Shown here: in pieces, positions 63,843-64,000 of the stretch | How positions within the stretch are numbered: the first letter of the stretch is position 1 | Layout: every line of letters begins with the position of its first letter | Assembly: GCF_004010195.1 (NCBI RefSeq) | Contig: NC_057758.1 | Span: 809,029-873,028 of the forward strand | Source of the DNA: Chiloscyllium plagiosum | Taxonomy: Eukaryota | Direction of reading: 5' to 3' | Length of the DNA: 64,000 nucleotides | Notes under the pieces: generated by a model | Seen by the model: only the letters and a program-made list of their open reading frames with translations | Databases searched by the model: none | Told to the model about the DNA's origin: nothing | Position numbers and translations under genes: made by a program

Positions 63843-64000
63843 TAGAACATACAGCACAGAATAGGCCCTTCGGCCCACGATGTTGTGCCGAACATTTGTC
63901 CTACCTTAAGCACCCATCCAATTGCCAAGGTTCCAGCTTTAGCTCCGTGCTCTCAAACTCTGTCATCAAAATTCTGACTCTACCACTCCCACAGGCAGCG
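63843..64000 (-). mobile_element. Young CR1 3' tail, runs off the window
   Basis: tagaacatacagcacagaataggcccttcggcccacgatgttgtgccgaacatttgtcc; same subfamily as 31020-31177. Confidence 0.9.

Overview
Repeat-dense, gene-poor eukaryotic DNA, almost certainly from a cartilaginous fish (shark): it carries HE1/V-SINEs with (TAATC)n tails, many CR1 LINE fragments, Penelope GIY-YIG remnants and Gmr1-like Gypsy LTR elements, and has four assembly gaps. Most ORFs in the supplied track are transposon fragments or noise. The main result is missing from that track: an apparently intact two-exon beta-defensin gene on the minus strand. Its signal-peptide exon (31268-31208) splices in phase 1 to a six-cysteine exon (28242-28118), giving MFNVLLLLLGALVLMEPATA-TPLFSCVLEKSYCSKKPCDTRAGMAMVNGGCPLFQVCCVRL* (C-x6-C-x4-C-x12-C-x5-CC). 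Several weaker, disrupted defensin-like or secreted-peptide exon candidates lie around it (about 8, 19.6, 22, 28.4, 34.9, 40 and 45.4 kb). These may be a decayed cluster, but manual cysteine-pattern matching clearly gives false positives here (see rejected list). Other items: a tRNA-Glu(TTC) pseudogene abutting an HE1 SINE, a ~160-bp-arm inverted duplication, degenerate hammerhead cores in Penelope-derived termini, and a 36-bp templated insertion. All analysis was by eye; repeat boundaries are approximate.
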